The notes below the pieces were generated by a model. It was given only the letters and a program-made list of their open reading frames with translations, was not told the origin of the DNA and searched no databases. From NCBI GenBank assembly GCA_034723395.1, contig JAYEOW010000024.1, positions 22,205-86,204 on the forward strand: a stretch of 64,000 bases of DNA, in the 5' to 3' direction. Positions 51,286 through 61,396 of this stretch are shown in pieces (position 1 is the stretch's first letter; each line of letters begins with the position of its first letter). Both the position numbers and the translations under genes were made by a program. Source of the stretch: Candidatus Margulisiibacteriota bacterium (lineage in GTDB: Bacteria > Margulisbacteria > WOR-1 > O2-12-FULL-45-9).

Positions 51286-53064
51286 TTATTTACTAATCGT
51301 TGTATTGGCCTTTATTCTGGCAATTAAATCTTTATCCGTATGATATTTAACGATACAATTATTATTAATATCCGCAAGCTGAGGATTTTGGTCTAAATAC
51401 TCAAAAATGTCAGTTATCTTATACTGCTCTTCTTGCCCGGAAAAATACTCTTCGATAATGCGAAATAGTTTTAGATCGTCTTCATAATCGAGCGTAAGCC
51501 TATAATCTCGTATCAGGTCATCTGGCAAGTCAACATAATTCAGATTAAAATGAGAAGGATTATTTTGAAAATAATATGTCATATATTCAGAATAATTTGC
51601 TGATGGAAAATATTCGCTTACTCTGCGCAAAGCCTCTGCATTGATAATTTCCAGGTTCGTCCCAATTGCCGCTTTACGCGCTGCCGTATAATCTGCGCCA
51701 TTTCTAAAATGAGATTCTAACAATACCTGCAGAATATCATTACAAATATATGGCATGTCAGCGGTGACCCGCACAAAAACGTCAATATCTAACTCATTAA
51801 TGATCCCCAAGTATCGATTAATTACGTCCTCAGGATGACCAGTATGGAATATTACATCCTTATGATAGGTATAATCTTTCAAAACAGAATCTTCTTCTAA
51901 ATACGAAGTGGCCAATACAGTATGATTGATCCCTTTGAATTTTAAGGCATTTTTTATGCATAATTCTACAGAAGCGATCTCCCCGATCTTAAGCGTTGCT
52001 TTTTTAGGCAATCTGCTTGATTTCATCCGGCAAGCAATAATCGTAGCAATTTTTGCTTTTTTAAAATCGCTTTTCATCAAAGTGCGATTGCCTTCTTTGG
52101 CATTGGCCAAAATAAAACGCTGATTTGCTGGCTGATTTAACGAATAAATATCTAGGCCTGGCATATCTGTCCTTTTAAAATCCAAGTCCTTCTTTAAATC
52201 AACCAGCATCCCTTTATTTTTTGGCTTATTAAGGACAGGCTTTTGAACGCTCTTTAATAGATATTTGCGCTCTTTTTCGCTTACAAAAGGAGCTAAGAGG
52301 ATCTGCTGATAGTTGTTCTGGACACTTAAGTATTTCGAATACTTTTCAAAAGTCAAACTCGAATAATGGTCATATTTAGTTTCTAAGGTTGAATGCATTA
52401 TATGCTTTTCAATTATCGAAGCGCCCAGAACAGCTGCCATCACGGGAAGATGCAGTGCGTACTCATCATTACCATCAACGTGGTCCGCAAAGGAAATTCG
52501 ATGCGAGAAATTCTCGCTCAATACTTTTATTTTACCCAAGCCGGAATCGGATATCTCCGTCGGATAATCCTGAAAACCAACCTGAAGGATAACTTCCTTT
52601 GCCTTTAAATATTGACCGCACTGCTTAATAACTTCATTTATCTCATCAACGGCAAAAGAGGCAATATTAATGATTGCAATTTTATCTGACAAATCAACTT
52701 TGCTTAGCGCCGTTAATAAATTAAAATTATTTACAACAGAAGCTTGAAGCTTAATTCCAGTAATATTCGGAAGGTTTTCGCGCAGGATTTGGACAGAATA
52801 AACATCAAACATATCAAGCCAAACATCTTTTGTCTCCGACGCCTTAGTTATTATTTGCTTCCACGAATCAGGGTCAAAAAACAACTCCTTATAAACAGGA
52901 AACCAAGAATAATCCTTTAAGGCAATTTCATCGCACTTAAAAGGCTGGAATTTAATGCCGAAACCCGACTTAAATGATTCAAATTGTTTGAGCAAAGAAA
53001 AAACGTACCCTTTGCTCCCGCCGTGCGTATTGGCAATTTCCATTAGGTTATATATTTTGTTCAT
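51286..53064 (-). CDS. fusion of a divergent NeuB-like domain and an SpsF/PseF-like cytidylyltransferase
   Basis: N-terminal EIANTH.G, KFQ, FADH, IEKH; C-terminal ACRMKSSRLP.K, EDV..R, RVTAD.P, RLTLDY.DD. Confidence 0.78.
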   Translation of the reverse strand: MNKIYNLMEIANTHGGSKGYVFSLLKQFESFKSGFGIKFQPFKCDEIALKDYSWFPVYKELFFDPDSWKQIITKASETKDVWLDMFDVYSVQILRENLPNITGIKLQASVVNNFNLLTALSKVDLSDKIAIINIASFAVDEINEVIKQCGQYLKAKEVILQVGFQDYPTEISDSGLGKIKVLSENFSHRISFADHVDGNDEYALHLPVMAAVLGASIIEKHIMHSTLETKYDHYSSLTFEKYSKYLSVQNNYQQILLAPFVSEKERKYLLKSVQKPVLNKPKNKGMLVDLKKDLDFKRTDMPGLDIYSLNQPANQRFILANAKEGNRTLMKSDFKKAKIATIIACRMKSSRLPKKATLKIGEIASVELCIKNALKFKGINHTVLATSYLEEDSVLKDYTYHKDVIFHTGHPEDVINRYLGIINELDIDVFVRVTADMPYICNDILQVLLESHFRNGADYTAARKAAIGTNLEIINAEALRRVSEYFPSANYSEYMTYYFQNNPSHFNLNYVDLPDDLIRDYRLTLDYEDDLKLFRIIEEYFSGQEEQYKITDIFEYLDQNPQLADINNNCIVKYHTDKDLIARIKANTTISK

Positions 53065-54837
53065 TTATTTCTCACCAGTTATAATACTTCTATATCTATC
53101 CAAAGATAACTCATCGTTATAATAATCGTATTCTTTCAATATATTATCCGGCACTATCGTCGAGGCCCCTTCCTCTAACATTCCAGTTATTTTGTTCAAT
53201 ATCTCATCAGCATTATCAAAAACAATCTCTCCTGCAAATTGGCCTGCAAAAGGATGGTCATAGTTTGCCTGATCAAAATACAGTCCGTTTATTCCACTTA
53301 CTATTGCTATGGTCGAAGAACTTGTCATACCTTGAGTAACCACAATATCTGATACTCCGATCACTTCAATAAACGACACCTCCTTATCTATGAGTATATT
53401 TACATTTGCCATCTTCTCTAACTCTTGCTTAATCAACACAAATCTATCGATCAATTCTTTTGGCAAACCCAAATATCTTTTAATCTCCTTTGGCTTTACT
53501 ATTATTAACTTATCTTTCTGTTCTTTGGCGCATTTTAATATTAGTTCCCAAAAAGAGACATAATTCTCGGCCGTCATTTTGCACGTCCCGCCAAATGTCT
53601 CATCAAAAAATGAAATTACTTTACTCGAATCATTAATGCCTAATTTATGTAAATAACTAGACTTATCGATTTTTACATTGTTTATAGCTTCTTTGAACAA
53701 ATATCCCACCCGCTGATAAATATCCGGAGGCCCTTCAACCCCCCGAATATGCGCATCTCCCCATACGAGATATTTATCACATCCCAAAAATGCACTAATG
53801 TAACGATTTATTTTTAAGGAATGATCTGACCAATGCATCAAATAGTATTTCGTCCCATAGTTTTGACATACGATCGCTTCTGCAATATGGCTGGCCGAAA
53901 AATAATTATGTCCCAGCTCCGCATTCAACTTATAGTTAGAAAATATCTTCTCATATGGAATCGCATAAGATACATAATTATAATTAATACTAGAAAACAG
54001 GCAAAAACACGGTGATAACAGGTTCCTCATCAAAATAAAAAATAAATAAACAAAATACTTTGGCATTATCCTTTTAAGCAATACACGCACACTAATTGGC
54101 AGTTTATTTATGTCAATGTGGTTATAACCAAAGGCTTTCGCATCACTATACGCTTGTAGTCTTCCTTCTTCAGTTGGTAGACCCCGCGAATACAGCAATA
54201 ATTCGTCTTTCTTAATCAATTTACCATCTACAATAAAATCGTCGCAAAAATACCGTCCTCGAGAATTTATCCCCCAAATCGCCTCCCTCATCACTTTATA
54301 GTTTTCTTTTCTTCTAGACAGCTTTAGCCCGCTTATCATACTTATTAGTAAAACATAAACCCCTTTAATAAAAACGTTCAAAAAACGTTCAACTATATTT
54401 TGTGATTTTAACCATATTACTTTCAGCATCCTTGTTTTTTCATACTGTTTGAATTTATCAACGGCATATCTGTTAATTATATTATCAACCAAATAAACTG
54501 ATTGCGGCTGAAGTGAATCGCCATTAACAACCTCATAAAAATACGTTAATATCTTTTGAAAATATTCAATCAACATTTTTCTTAACAATAGATTAAAACG
54601 AGAGGTCTTAAATATATTATTCATGCCCAATATATATTTAGAATTGTCAAGATTGTTCATTTCAACAAATTCTTTAGCAAATTCAATTAACCCCATATCT
54701 AGCCATTGAATGAATTGGGGTGATTGTTGGATTCCACAGATTGAAAATAAACCCACTTGCACCCTCATCTCACCTACTAAATACTTATTTAAATATTGCA
54801 TTAAATCTGTTTTTATTTTTCTAATATAACTATTCAT
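53065..54837 (-). CDS. uncharacterised polysaccharide biosynthesis protein, candidate nonulosonate transferase
   Basis: 590-aa AT-rich ORF inside the pse block; VWG, ISFFDE, IVKPK, SDIVV....TS pattern. Confidence 0.5.
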   Translation of the reverse strand: MNSYIRKIKTDLMQYLNKYLVGEMRVQVGLFSICGIQQSPQFIQWLDMGLIEFAKEFVEMNNLDNSKYILGMNNIFKTSRFNLLLRKMLIEYFQKILTYFYEVVNGDSLQPQSVYLVDNIINRYAVDKFKQYEKTRMLKVIWLKSQNIVERFLNVFIKGVYVLLISMISGLKLSRRKENYKVMREAIWGINSRGRYFCDDFIVDGKLIKKDELLLYSRGLPTEEGRLQAYSDAKAFGYNHIDINKLPISVRVLLKRIMPKYFVYLFFILMRNLLSPCFCLFSSINYNYVSYAIPYEKIFSNYKLNAELGHNYFSASHIAEAIVCQNYGTKYYLMHWSDHSLKINRYISAFLGCDKYLVWGDAHIRGVEGPPDIYQRVGYLFKEAINNVKIDKSSYLHKLGINDSSKVISFFDETFGGTCKMTAENYVSFWELILKCAKEQKDKLIIVKPKEIKRYLGLPKELIDRFVLIKQELEKMANVNILIDKEVSFIEVIGVSDIVVTQGMTSSSTIAIVSGINGLYFDQANYDHPFAGQFAGEIVFDNADEILNKITGMLEEGASTIVPDNILKEYDYYNDELSLDRYRSIITGEK

Positions 54838-55963
54838 TTACTAATTCCTTAATCAATTCTATTACATACTTTTGTTCTTCATCACTCATCTTGGGATACA
54901 TCGGAATCGACATAGCCCTTTTATAATACGCCTCAGCATTAGGACAAACTACATCCTTATACCCGCTCCTCTGATAATACGGCTGTTTATATACCGGGAT
55001 ATAATGGACATTCACAATAATATTTTTTTCTCTTAACGCTTCAAATATCCGCTTACGCTCATCAATTTCAATAACATAAAGATGCCAGGATGATTTACCA
55101 TCTTTGGTTTCCGCAAGACACCTAACTTTATCTGATCCTGAGAAAGCTTGGTTATATATTTCAGCGATCTCTTTTCTCCTTACTACAAACTTATCAAGTT
55201 TTTTTAGTTGACTGATCCCTAAAGCACTTTGAATATCTGTCAAACGATAGTTATAACCTAATTCGTGCATTTCGTAATACCAGGCCCCTGGATTTGTTTT
55301 CATATACTTTTCATTTCGCGTAATACCATGGGAACGATGAAATATCAGTTTATCCCTTAATTCCGGATCATTAGTAAGAACCATCCCTCCCTCTCCCGTA
55401 GTAATATGTTTGACTGCGTGAAAACTTAAGATCGTCATATCCGAATATTGACAGCTACCAATCTTGATCCCTTTATATTCTGCGCCAATCGCATGCGCGG
55501 CGTCTTCGATCAGGGTAAGATTATTTTCTTTCGCGATACTTGAGATCTCTTCCATACGGCAGGGATTTCCCGCAAAGTGAACCGGAATAATTGCCTTGGT
55601 TTTTGCATTAACTTTAGCCTTAATCTCTTTCGGATCAATATTGATCGTATCTTCTTCCACATCCGCAAAAACTGGTTTACCACCGCAATACAAAACCGAA
55701 TTGGAAGAAGCGGTAAAGGTGATTGGAGAAGTGATAACTTCATCCCCTTCAGATATCCCGGCAGCTAAGGTCGCGATATGCAGCGCTGAAGTTCCGCTGT
55801 TTACCGCCACTCCATATTTAGCGCCGGAATATTGGGCAACTTTTTCTTCAAATTCAGCGGTCTTGGGCCCCTGGGTCAGCATATCCGACTTCAAAACGTC
55901 GACTACCGCTTTTATATCATCATCTTCGATCCATTGTGTCGCGTAAGGAATTCTATCGTTCAT
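54830..55963 (-). CDS. pseC: UDP-4-amino-4,6-dideoxy-AltNAc transaminase
   Basis: IPY..Q.I..DDI.AV..VL.SD.LTQGP, SFH.VK.ITTGEGG, RSHGI, LGYNYR.TDIQ.ALG, VHYIPV. Confidence 0.9.
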   Translation of the reverse strand: MNDRIPYATQWIEDDDIKAVVDVLKSDMLTQGPKTAEFEEKVAQYSGAKYGVAVNSGTSALHIATLAAGISEGDEVITSPITFTASSNSVLYCGGKPVFADVEEDTINIDPKEIKAKVNAKTKAIIPVHFAGNPCRMEEISSIAKENNLTLIEDAAHAIGAEYKGIKIGSCQYSDMTILSFHAVKHITTGEGGMVLTNDPELRDKLIFHRSHGITRNEKYMKTNPGAWYYEMHELGYNYRLTDIQSALGISQLKKLDKFVVRRKEIAEIYNQAFSGSDKVRCLAETKDGKSSWHLYVIEIDERKRIFEALREKNIIVNVHYIPVYKQPYYQRSGYKDVVCPNAEAYYKRAMSIPMYPKMSDEEQKYVIELIKELVNE

Positions 55964-57091
55964 TTAATTTACCGCCTCAGCTACGATCTCCCAAAAATAT
56001 TTATTTGGAGAGCTCGCCTTTTTGATATATTTCTCTTTAAACCGTACATACATTTTATTATCAATATTGCGCTCTTTATTAATATCTAGCTCAGTGATCG
56101 AATCCAAGTCAAATGGTGATTTTCCAAATTGTTTCGCGTAGTTAGAAATATAGGAACCGTAGTATCCACCCTTCACCTTTTCCGGCATCAAAAAAACGAT
56201 CGGTTTTTTAAAAAGGACCGCATAGTTAATGGAAGTGCTGCCATGGGCGAGCGCGCAATCCGCATGCGACACTAAATTTATCGTATTATTTTTCATGATT
56301 TTTCTCCCATTAAATATGCCGGGCATCTCTTCATAATTTGACCGTGGATGTGCGGTAATTACTACCGGAATTCCAGTTTTTTTCTCAAATTGGCCAAAGA
56401 TCTTATTCATTTCGGTAAAATACTCATCGGGATCATGATACGGATTTTTCCTAGCCCCGCTGACTAAATGGTCAGGATGAAGTGGAAAATATTCATCCAG
56501 AAAGACCGCATATTTCCCTTCAACCTCAGATCTATCATCCTCTGACCGATGATCCAGATAGAGATCGTAATCCAGAGTGTGCGCCCATATAAATTTAGTG
56601 TGTTTATCCGGCGAAGGTCTTTTGTTCAGGTATTTATCTCCTCCCGCTAAAACATAGCTTGGAGCATACATTTTTGGCTGGAGGTTAATAACTTTACTTT
56701 TTATTCTTCGCAGCAGGGATCTGATGCTGATGTTTTCAGGCAATGCAGGAATAGCGTTCGCGCAGAAACTGGCATACTTTATCCTATAGTTCTCTAATAT
56801 ATGGTAAATAAAATAAGAATTATTCCGCGCGCCGATCAGATCAATAAAAAGAACATCATCCTTATCACATTTTTTGACTAGTAGTTCAAAATCCATCTCT
56901 GATTTTATTAGATCTACCATTTCATACTGCGACCTTTTAACCTTATGATTTTTTATATACTCCGGATTTAATAATGGGGTCATATCCGCAAAAGAGACTT
57001 CGATCCCGCGGGATCCCAACAGTTCGACCCCGAACCGTTTATAATCCCTCTCCGTTAAAGGAGTCTGCAATAAGATCTTTAACTTGTTCAT
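55964..57091 (-). CDS. uncharacterised glycan biosynthesis protein, candidate nonulosonate transferase
   Basis: H.LDYD, VFLD.Y.P.HPD, AHPRS, H.STS..YAV.F.KP; last gene of the neu/leg block. Confidence 0.5.
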   Translation of the reverse strand: MNKLKILLQTPLTERDYKRFGVELLGSRGIEVSFADMTPLLNPEYIKNHKVKRSQYEMVDLIKSEMDFELLVKKCDKDDVLFIDLIGARNNSYFIYHILENYRIKYASFCANAIPALPENISIRSLLRRIKSKVINLQPKMYAPSYVLAGGDKYLNKRPSPDKHTKFIWAHTLDYDLYLDHRSEDDRSEVEGKYAVFLDEYFPLHPDHLVSGARKNPYHDPDEYFTEMNKIFGQFEKKTGIPVVITAHPRSNYEEMPGIFNGRKIMKNNTINLVSHADCALAHGSTSINYAVLFKKPIVFLMPEKVKGGYYGSYISNYAKQFGKSPFDLDSITELDINKERNIDNKMYVRFKEKYIKKASSPNKYFWEIVAEAVN

Positions 57092-58263
57092 TTACCTATC
57101 TTTTCCCGGTTTAGATATATTCTTTCCAACGCCGAACATACTTTTTTAACATCATCAATAGATATATGTGAGAAGAGAGGCAGGCTTAACGCATTATCGG
57201 CAACGCTAATCGTATGCTTTAGGTCATTCTGCACCTGATAATTTGCAAATGCCTTCTGCTTATGTACCGGTGGATAAAAATATTTCTTTACTACGATATT
57301 CTCTTTTAAAAGCGCGTCAGATAATTTATCCCTGCTCATTCCAAATTTATCCTGATCAACCAGTATTGAAAAATCTTTAAAACTGCTTTGATCATTCCGG
57401 TCGATCTTTTGAAACCCGATCCCCGGCAGATTCGATAATAGCTTTTTATACAATCTCACCGCTCGATTCCTCTTTTTTACGTTCTTATCAAGGTGTTTGA
57501 GGCTTTCGATGCCAAGCAGTGCGTTAAATTCGCTCATCCGCGCGTTAAAACCGGAAAATTCACAGTCGTAGTTACCTGCATCACCGTAGTTCCTGCCCAC
57601 TCTGATGCTTGCGGCAAGCTCATCATTGTTGGTCGCAACAATCCCACCCTCTCCCGCAGTTAAAAGTTTCGTAGGACTCAAGCTGAAAGATTCAGCATCG
57701 CCAAATCCTCCTATTGCTTTTCCATTCCGCTTTGCGCCAAAACCGTGGGCAGCGTCAAACATCAATCTGAGATCATTTTCCTCTGCAATTATTTGAAGCT
57801 CTTCAACCTTAGCTGGGTTTCCAAAAATATGGACCCCAATGATTGCCGACGTGTCAGGAGTTATTGCTTTTTTAATCGCTTCTGGATCAATATTGTAGGT
57901 AACTGGTTCACAATCAACAAAAACCGGTTTTAATCCGTTCCAAACCACTGCATGTGCTGTAGCATGAAAAGTAAAACTGGGTAAAATAACTTCCCCTTTT
58001 AGTCCCATTATTTTCATAAGAAGCATTAGGCCGCTTGTACACGAATTGGTAGCTACCGCGTTCTTTACTCCCAAATATTCAGCAACGTTTTTCTCAAACT
58101 CCCTTACATTCTCCGCATTAGTGATCATTCCGCTCTTTAACACCTGCTGATACCTCTTTTTCAATCCGCTAATTGGCGGCATCGTAGGTTTAGTGATCGG
58201 GATCGGGGTATCAAATACCGGTTCTCCTCCTAAAATTGCTGGTACATTTTTATTGTTTTCCAT
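57088..58263 (-). CDS. DegT/DnrJ-family sugar aminotransferase (VioA-like)
   Basis: PSFTF.AT, FDAAH.FG, FSL.PTK...GEGG, N.RMSE. Confidence 0.88.
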   Translation of the reverse strand: MENNKNVPAILGGEPVFDTPIPITKPTMPPISGLKKRYQQVLKSGMITNAENVREFEKNVAEYLGVKNAVATNSCTSGLMLLMKIMGLKGEVILPSFTFHATAHAVVWNGLKPVFVDCEPVTYNIDPEAIKKAITPDTSAIIGVHIFGNPAKVEELQIIAEENDLRLMFDAAHGFGAKRNGKAIGGFGDAESFSLSPTKLLTAGEGGIVATNNDELAASIRVGRNYGDAGNYDCEFSGFNARMSEFNALLGIESLKHLDKNVKKRNRAVRLYKKLLSNLPGIGFQKIDRNDQSSFKDFSILVDQDKFGMSRDKLSDALLKENIVVKKYFYPPVHKQKAFANYQVQNDLKHTISVADNALSLPLFSHISIDDVKKVCSALERIYLNREKIGK

Positions 58264-59624
58264 TAGTAACACTCCACGTTATAATATTTTGGATCATCTA
58301 ACTTATCGACTTCTTTATTTATAATCGCATCCTTTATTCTTAAAACCGATCGACCGATCTCCATTCCAACATTAAAACCCAACAAACTCTCGATCTTGCT
58401 AAAAGAGACCACATAATTCCGCACATCCATAGTCTCTCCTTCTACGATCAAATCGGCGGTGGGGATATGCTCTTTTACCGTTTTTCCGATCTGGATTATC
58501 TGGTAGTTTTGTTTACTCGAACCTACATTAAATATTTGACCTTTGATCTTACCTAATGGTGCTTCCAAACATTTAATATATGCCTCCGCTGCATCATCCA
58601 CGTGCAGTAATGGGCGCCACTGTTTTCCCCCTCCATGTACGGAAATGGTTTTATCAATAATCGCATTTTTTGTCATGGTATTAACCACCAGGTCAAAACG
58701 CATCCTTTGGGAAAATCCGTACAGGGTACTCATCCTTAAGATAGTTGGAGAAAAGTTCTCATCCTCGAGAGAAAGAATCCCTTCTTCTGACTGGATCTTT
58801 GATCTGGCATAGAGAGAAACCGGATTTAAAGGGGCGTTCTCATCCAATTCGCTATCGCCGTCCATCTGTCCATAGACACTGCAGGTTGAGGCATAGATGA
58901 ATCTATTGATCTGGTGGTATTTGCAGGCTTCGGCCAGCGCTTTATTGGCTAAATAATTTGTTTCAATGGTCGTCTCCGGCCCCTTGTTACAAGCCGGATC
59001 ACCAACTACTGCCGCTAAATTAATCACCGCGTCAATATCGGCCAACGCTCTTACCAAAGTTGAAATATTCCGCATATCCCCCTTGATGAGTTCAAATTTT
59101 TTATTCTCCAGAAGATCTTCAATCGGTTCGATACCAAACATAAGAACATCCAGCACTTTTACCCCATAACCCTTAGCCAACAACTTTCTCACCAAAATAG
59201 ATCCCAGATATCCAGCCCCCCCTACAACCAACACACTTCTGGTAACGCTGTGGTTTTCAACATCTTTCTTAAGCAACTCCGAAAACATACTCAATTTTAA
59301 CGGTCGGTCATCATTATCCAATACAAGAATATAACGGCTATCGGGCATTAACTGCTGCAATTTTCCGATCCGCTCACTAACCGCCACCATGTCGCTTAGT
59401 TCATTTTTTCTTAATAGGATAGGATTGGGATTAACAATATCCTTGACCGGTTGTTTAATATCTTTTCCCTTTAAAATCGCTTTCCTGATTTCGCTGTCAC
59501 TAACTACCCCGCTTAATTTATTGGCTTCATCCACTATGTAGGCTACCCTTAAGCCCGAATGATCGATCAGCCTCATTACTTCTTTGATCGGAGAATTTTC
59601 AGATATCAATACTTTATTTAGCAT
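58263..59624 (-). CDS. CBS-like domain fused to an NAD-dependent sugar epimerase/dehydrogenase
   Basis: N-terminal IVD....L.GVVSD..IR.AIL.G; GGAGYLGS, ASTCSVYG, YARSK, RMRFDLVVN, QWRP..HV.D. Confidence 0.82.
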   Translation of the reverse strand: MLNKVLISENSPIKEVMRLIDHSGLRVAYIVDEANKLSGVVSDSEIRKAILKGKDIKQPVKDIVNPNPILLRKNELSDMVAVSERIGKLQQLMPDSRYILVLDNDDRPLKLSMFSELLKKDVENHSVTRSVLVVGGAGYLGSILVRKLLAKGYGVKVLDVLMFGIEPIEDLLENKKFELIKGDMRNISTLVRALADIDAVINLAAVVGDPACNKGPETTIETNYLANKALAEACKYHQINRFIYASTCSVYGQMDGDSELDENAPLNPVSLYARSKIQSEEGILSLEDENFSPTILRMSTLYGFSQRMRFDLVVNTMTKNAIIDKTISVHGGGKQWRPLLHVDDAAEAYIKCLEAPLGKIKGQIFNVGSSKQNYQIIQIGKTVKEHIPTADLIVEGETMDVRNYVVSFSKIESLLGFNVGMEIGRSVLRIKDAIINKEVDKLDDPKYYNVECY

Positions 59625-60249
59625 TCTTTATCACCTTTGCCGGCACACCAACTGCCGTTACCCCATCGGCCAAATCATTTAAAAGCACCGCTCCAGCTCC
59701 AAGCATAACTTCTTTGCCAATATTAATATTCTGGATGACCGATGCTCCAGTTCCCACGTAAGATAACCTTCCAACCCTAACCGTTCCCGCCAAAACCGCA
59801 CCCGGCCAGATCTGGCAAAAAGCACCAAGCTGGCAATCGTGATCGACTGAGGCTCGAGTGTTAATTACTGCGCCCGCATCGATAACGACACCGGGATTAA
59901 CGATCGCACCGGGCATGATCGTTACTCCATCCGCGACCTGAACATCCCGTGAAACGATCGCTTTTGGGTGAATTGCTGAAACTACTTTGATCCCTTTAGC
60001 TTTTGCTTTTTTATAAATACGTTCGCGTATCTTATTATTGCCAATCCCCAAAGCGATCAGTGTCGAATCTTTGTTCCCGGTTAATTGATCAAGATTACCG
60101 AATATCTCAAATGCGCCAACTTTTTGCCCTTTTCTTTCGGCATTGTCATCCAGGAATCCTGCAACTTCGCGGCCAGATTCTAATAAAATATCCAGCACAA
60201 CCTTACCGTGCCCACCGGATCCATAAATATATATTTTTTCTTTACTCAT
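59614..60249 (-). CDS. NeuD/PglD-family hexapeptide acetyltransferase
   Basis: G.GGHGKV, IG.N..R, IHP.A, INT.A.VDHDC, GVPA. Confidence 0.9.
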   Translation of the reverse strand: MSKEKIYIYGSGGHGKVVLDILLESGREVAGFLDDNAERKGQKVGAFEIFGNLDQLTGNKDSTLIALGIGNNKIRERIYKKAKAKGIKVVSAIHPKAIVSRDVQVADGVTIMPGAIVNPGVVIDAGAVINTRASVDHDCQLGAFCQIWPGAVLAGTVRVGRLSYVGTGASVIQNINIGKEVMLGAGAVLLNDLADGVTAVGVPAKVIKNAK

Positions 60250-61396
60250 AACTTAGCTGTTTCTGCAGCATATCCTTATTAATTTCTACTTCACTTAACA
60301 CTTTAGCTATTTTTTTGCCCGCTTTCCCTTTTCCATACGGATTTTTACATTTAACAACTCTTTTTCTATATCTTTTGTCGGAAAACGCTTTTTTAATAGC
60401 CCGCTTTATCTCTTTCTCATCATGGCCGACGTCAATCACATTTACGCTTCGCTCCCGGCAATCCTGGCGGATCCCGATATTAATGACCGGCAGCTTAAAG
60501 GAAGAAGATTCGATGATCCCGCTGCTTGAATTACCGATCAAAAGCTCCGCATGTTTTAAAAGACTTAAATAATGCTTATGGGGGAAATTTTTATGAATCC
60601 TGATAAACGGAAGCCCTTTTAGCGCCTCGATCTCCCGGATAATCACCCTCCCCCCCGCATCAGAATTCGGGTAGATAACAAGGGTCGTCATTTTTAGCCC
60701 TTTAATTACCCGTAAAGTTTTTTGTATTTGGGAGCGGGCATCTTCGATCTGGGTAGTGACCGAATGCTGCAGCAACACAATATATGGTTCAGCTGAATTT
60801 ATATTTAATACTTTTAACAATTCTTTTTTTGATAAATGTTTTTCATTTAATATACTGTCCAAGCCCGGGGCGCCGGTTAAATGAACATTTTTCGGATTCT
60901 CTCCCATCTTCAATATCCTCTGTTTGCTTGTTTTTGTAGCCGCAAAATGGATATGGGCAAGCTTAGTGATCGCATGCCGCGCCGATTCGTCCAGCCCCGC
61001 TTTACTGATATCCCCGCCATGGATGTGGGCAACCGGGATATTCAGATAAGCGCTGGCAATCGCCCCCGCCAAAGCTTCTGTCCTATCACCTAATATCAAA
61101 CAAATATCCGGCCTCTTTTTCTCAAAAGCCTTGGTTATTTCTACAATCCCCCGTCCGATCGCTTTAGCCATCGATCCAGCCTTATCTTTTTTAGGATGCA
61201 TCTTTACTTTGTATGCGATCTTAAAGCCATCTTTTCTAATAAGATCTACCGTTTTACCGAACTCATTGGAAAAATGCATGCCAGTAACCATCAACAACAG
61301 TTCCAGGTCTTTATGCTCGTTGATCGCCCGCATTACCGGCCTTAAAAGACCGTATTCTGCCCTGGTTCCGCTAATTACACATACTTTTCTTCTCAT
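60242..61396 (-). CDS. neuC: hydrolysing NDP-HexNAc 2-epimerase (NeuC/LegG)
   Basis: GTRAEYG, TGMH, LGDR.E, HIHGG, DE..RHAITKL.H.HF, GNSSSGI.E, IG.RQ..R. Confidence 0.9.
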   Translation of the reverse strand: MRRKVCVISGTRAEYGLLRPVMRAINEHKDLELLLMVTGMHFSNEFGKTVDLIRKDGFKIAYKVKMHPKKDKAGSMAKAIGRGIVEITKAFEKKRPDICLILGDRTEALAGAIASAYLNIPVAHIHGGDISKAGLDESARHAITKLAHIHFAATKTSKQRILKMGENPKNVHLTGAPGLDSILNEKHLSKKELLKVLNINSAEPYIVLLQHSVTTQIEDARSQIQKTLRVIKGLKMTTLVIYPNSDAGGRVIIREIEALKGLPFIRIHKNFPHKHYLSLLKHAELLIGNSSSGIIESSSFKLPVINIGIRQDCRERSVNVIDVGHDEKEIKRAIKKAFSDKRYRKRVVKCKNPYGKGKAGKKIAKVLSEVEINKDMLQKQLSYE

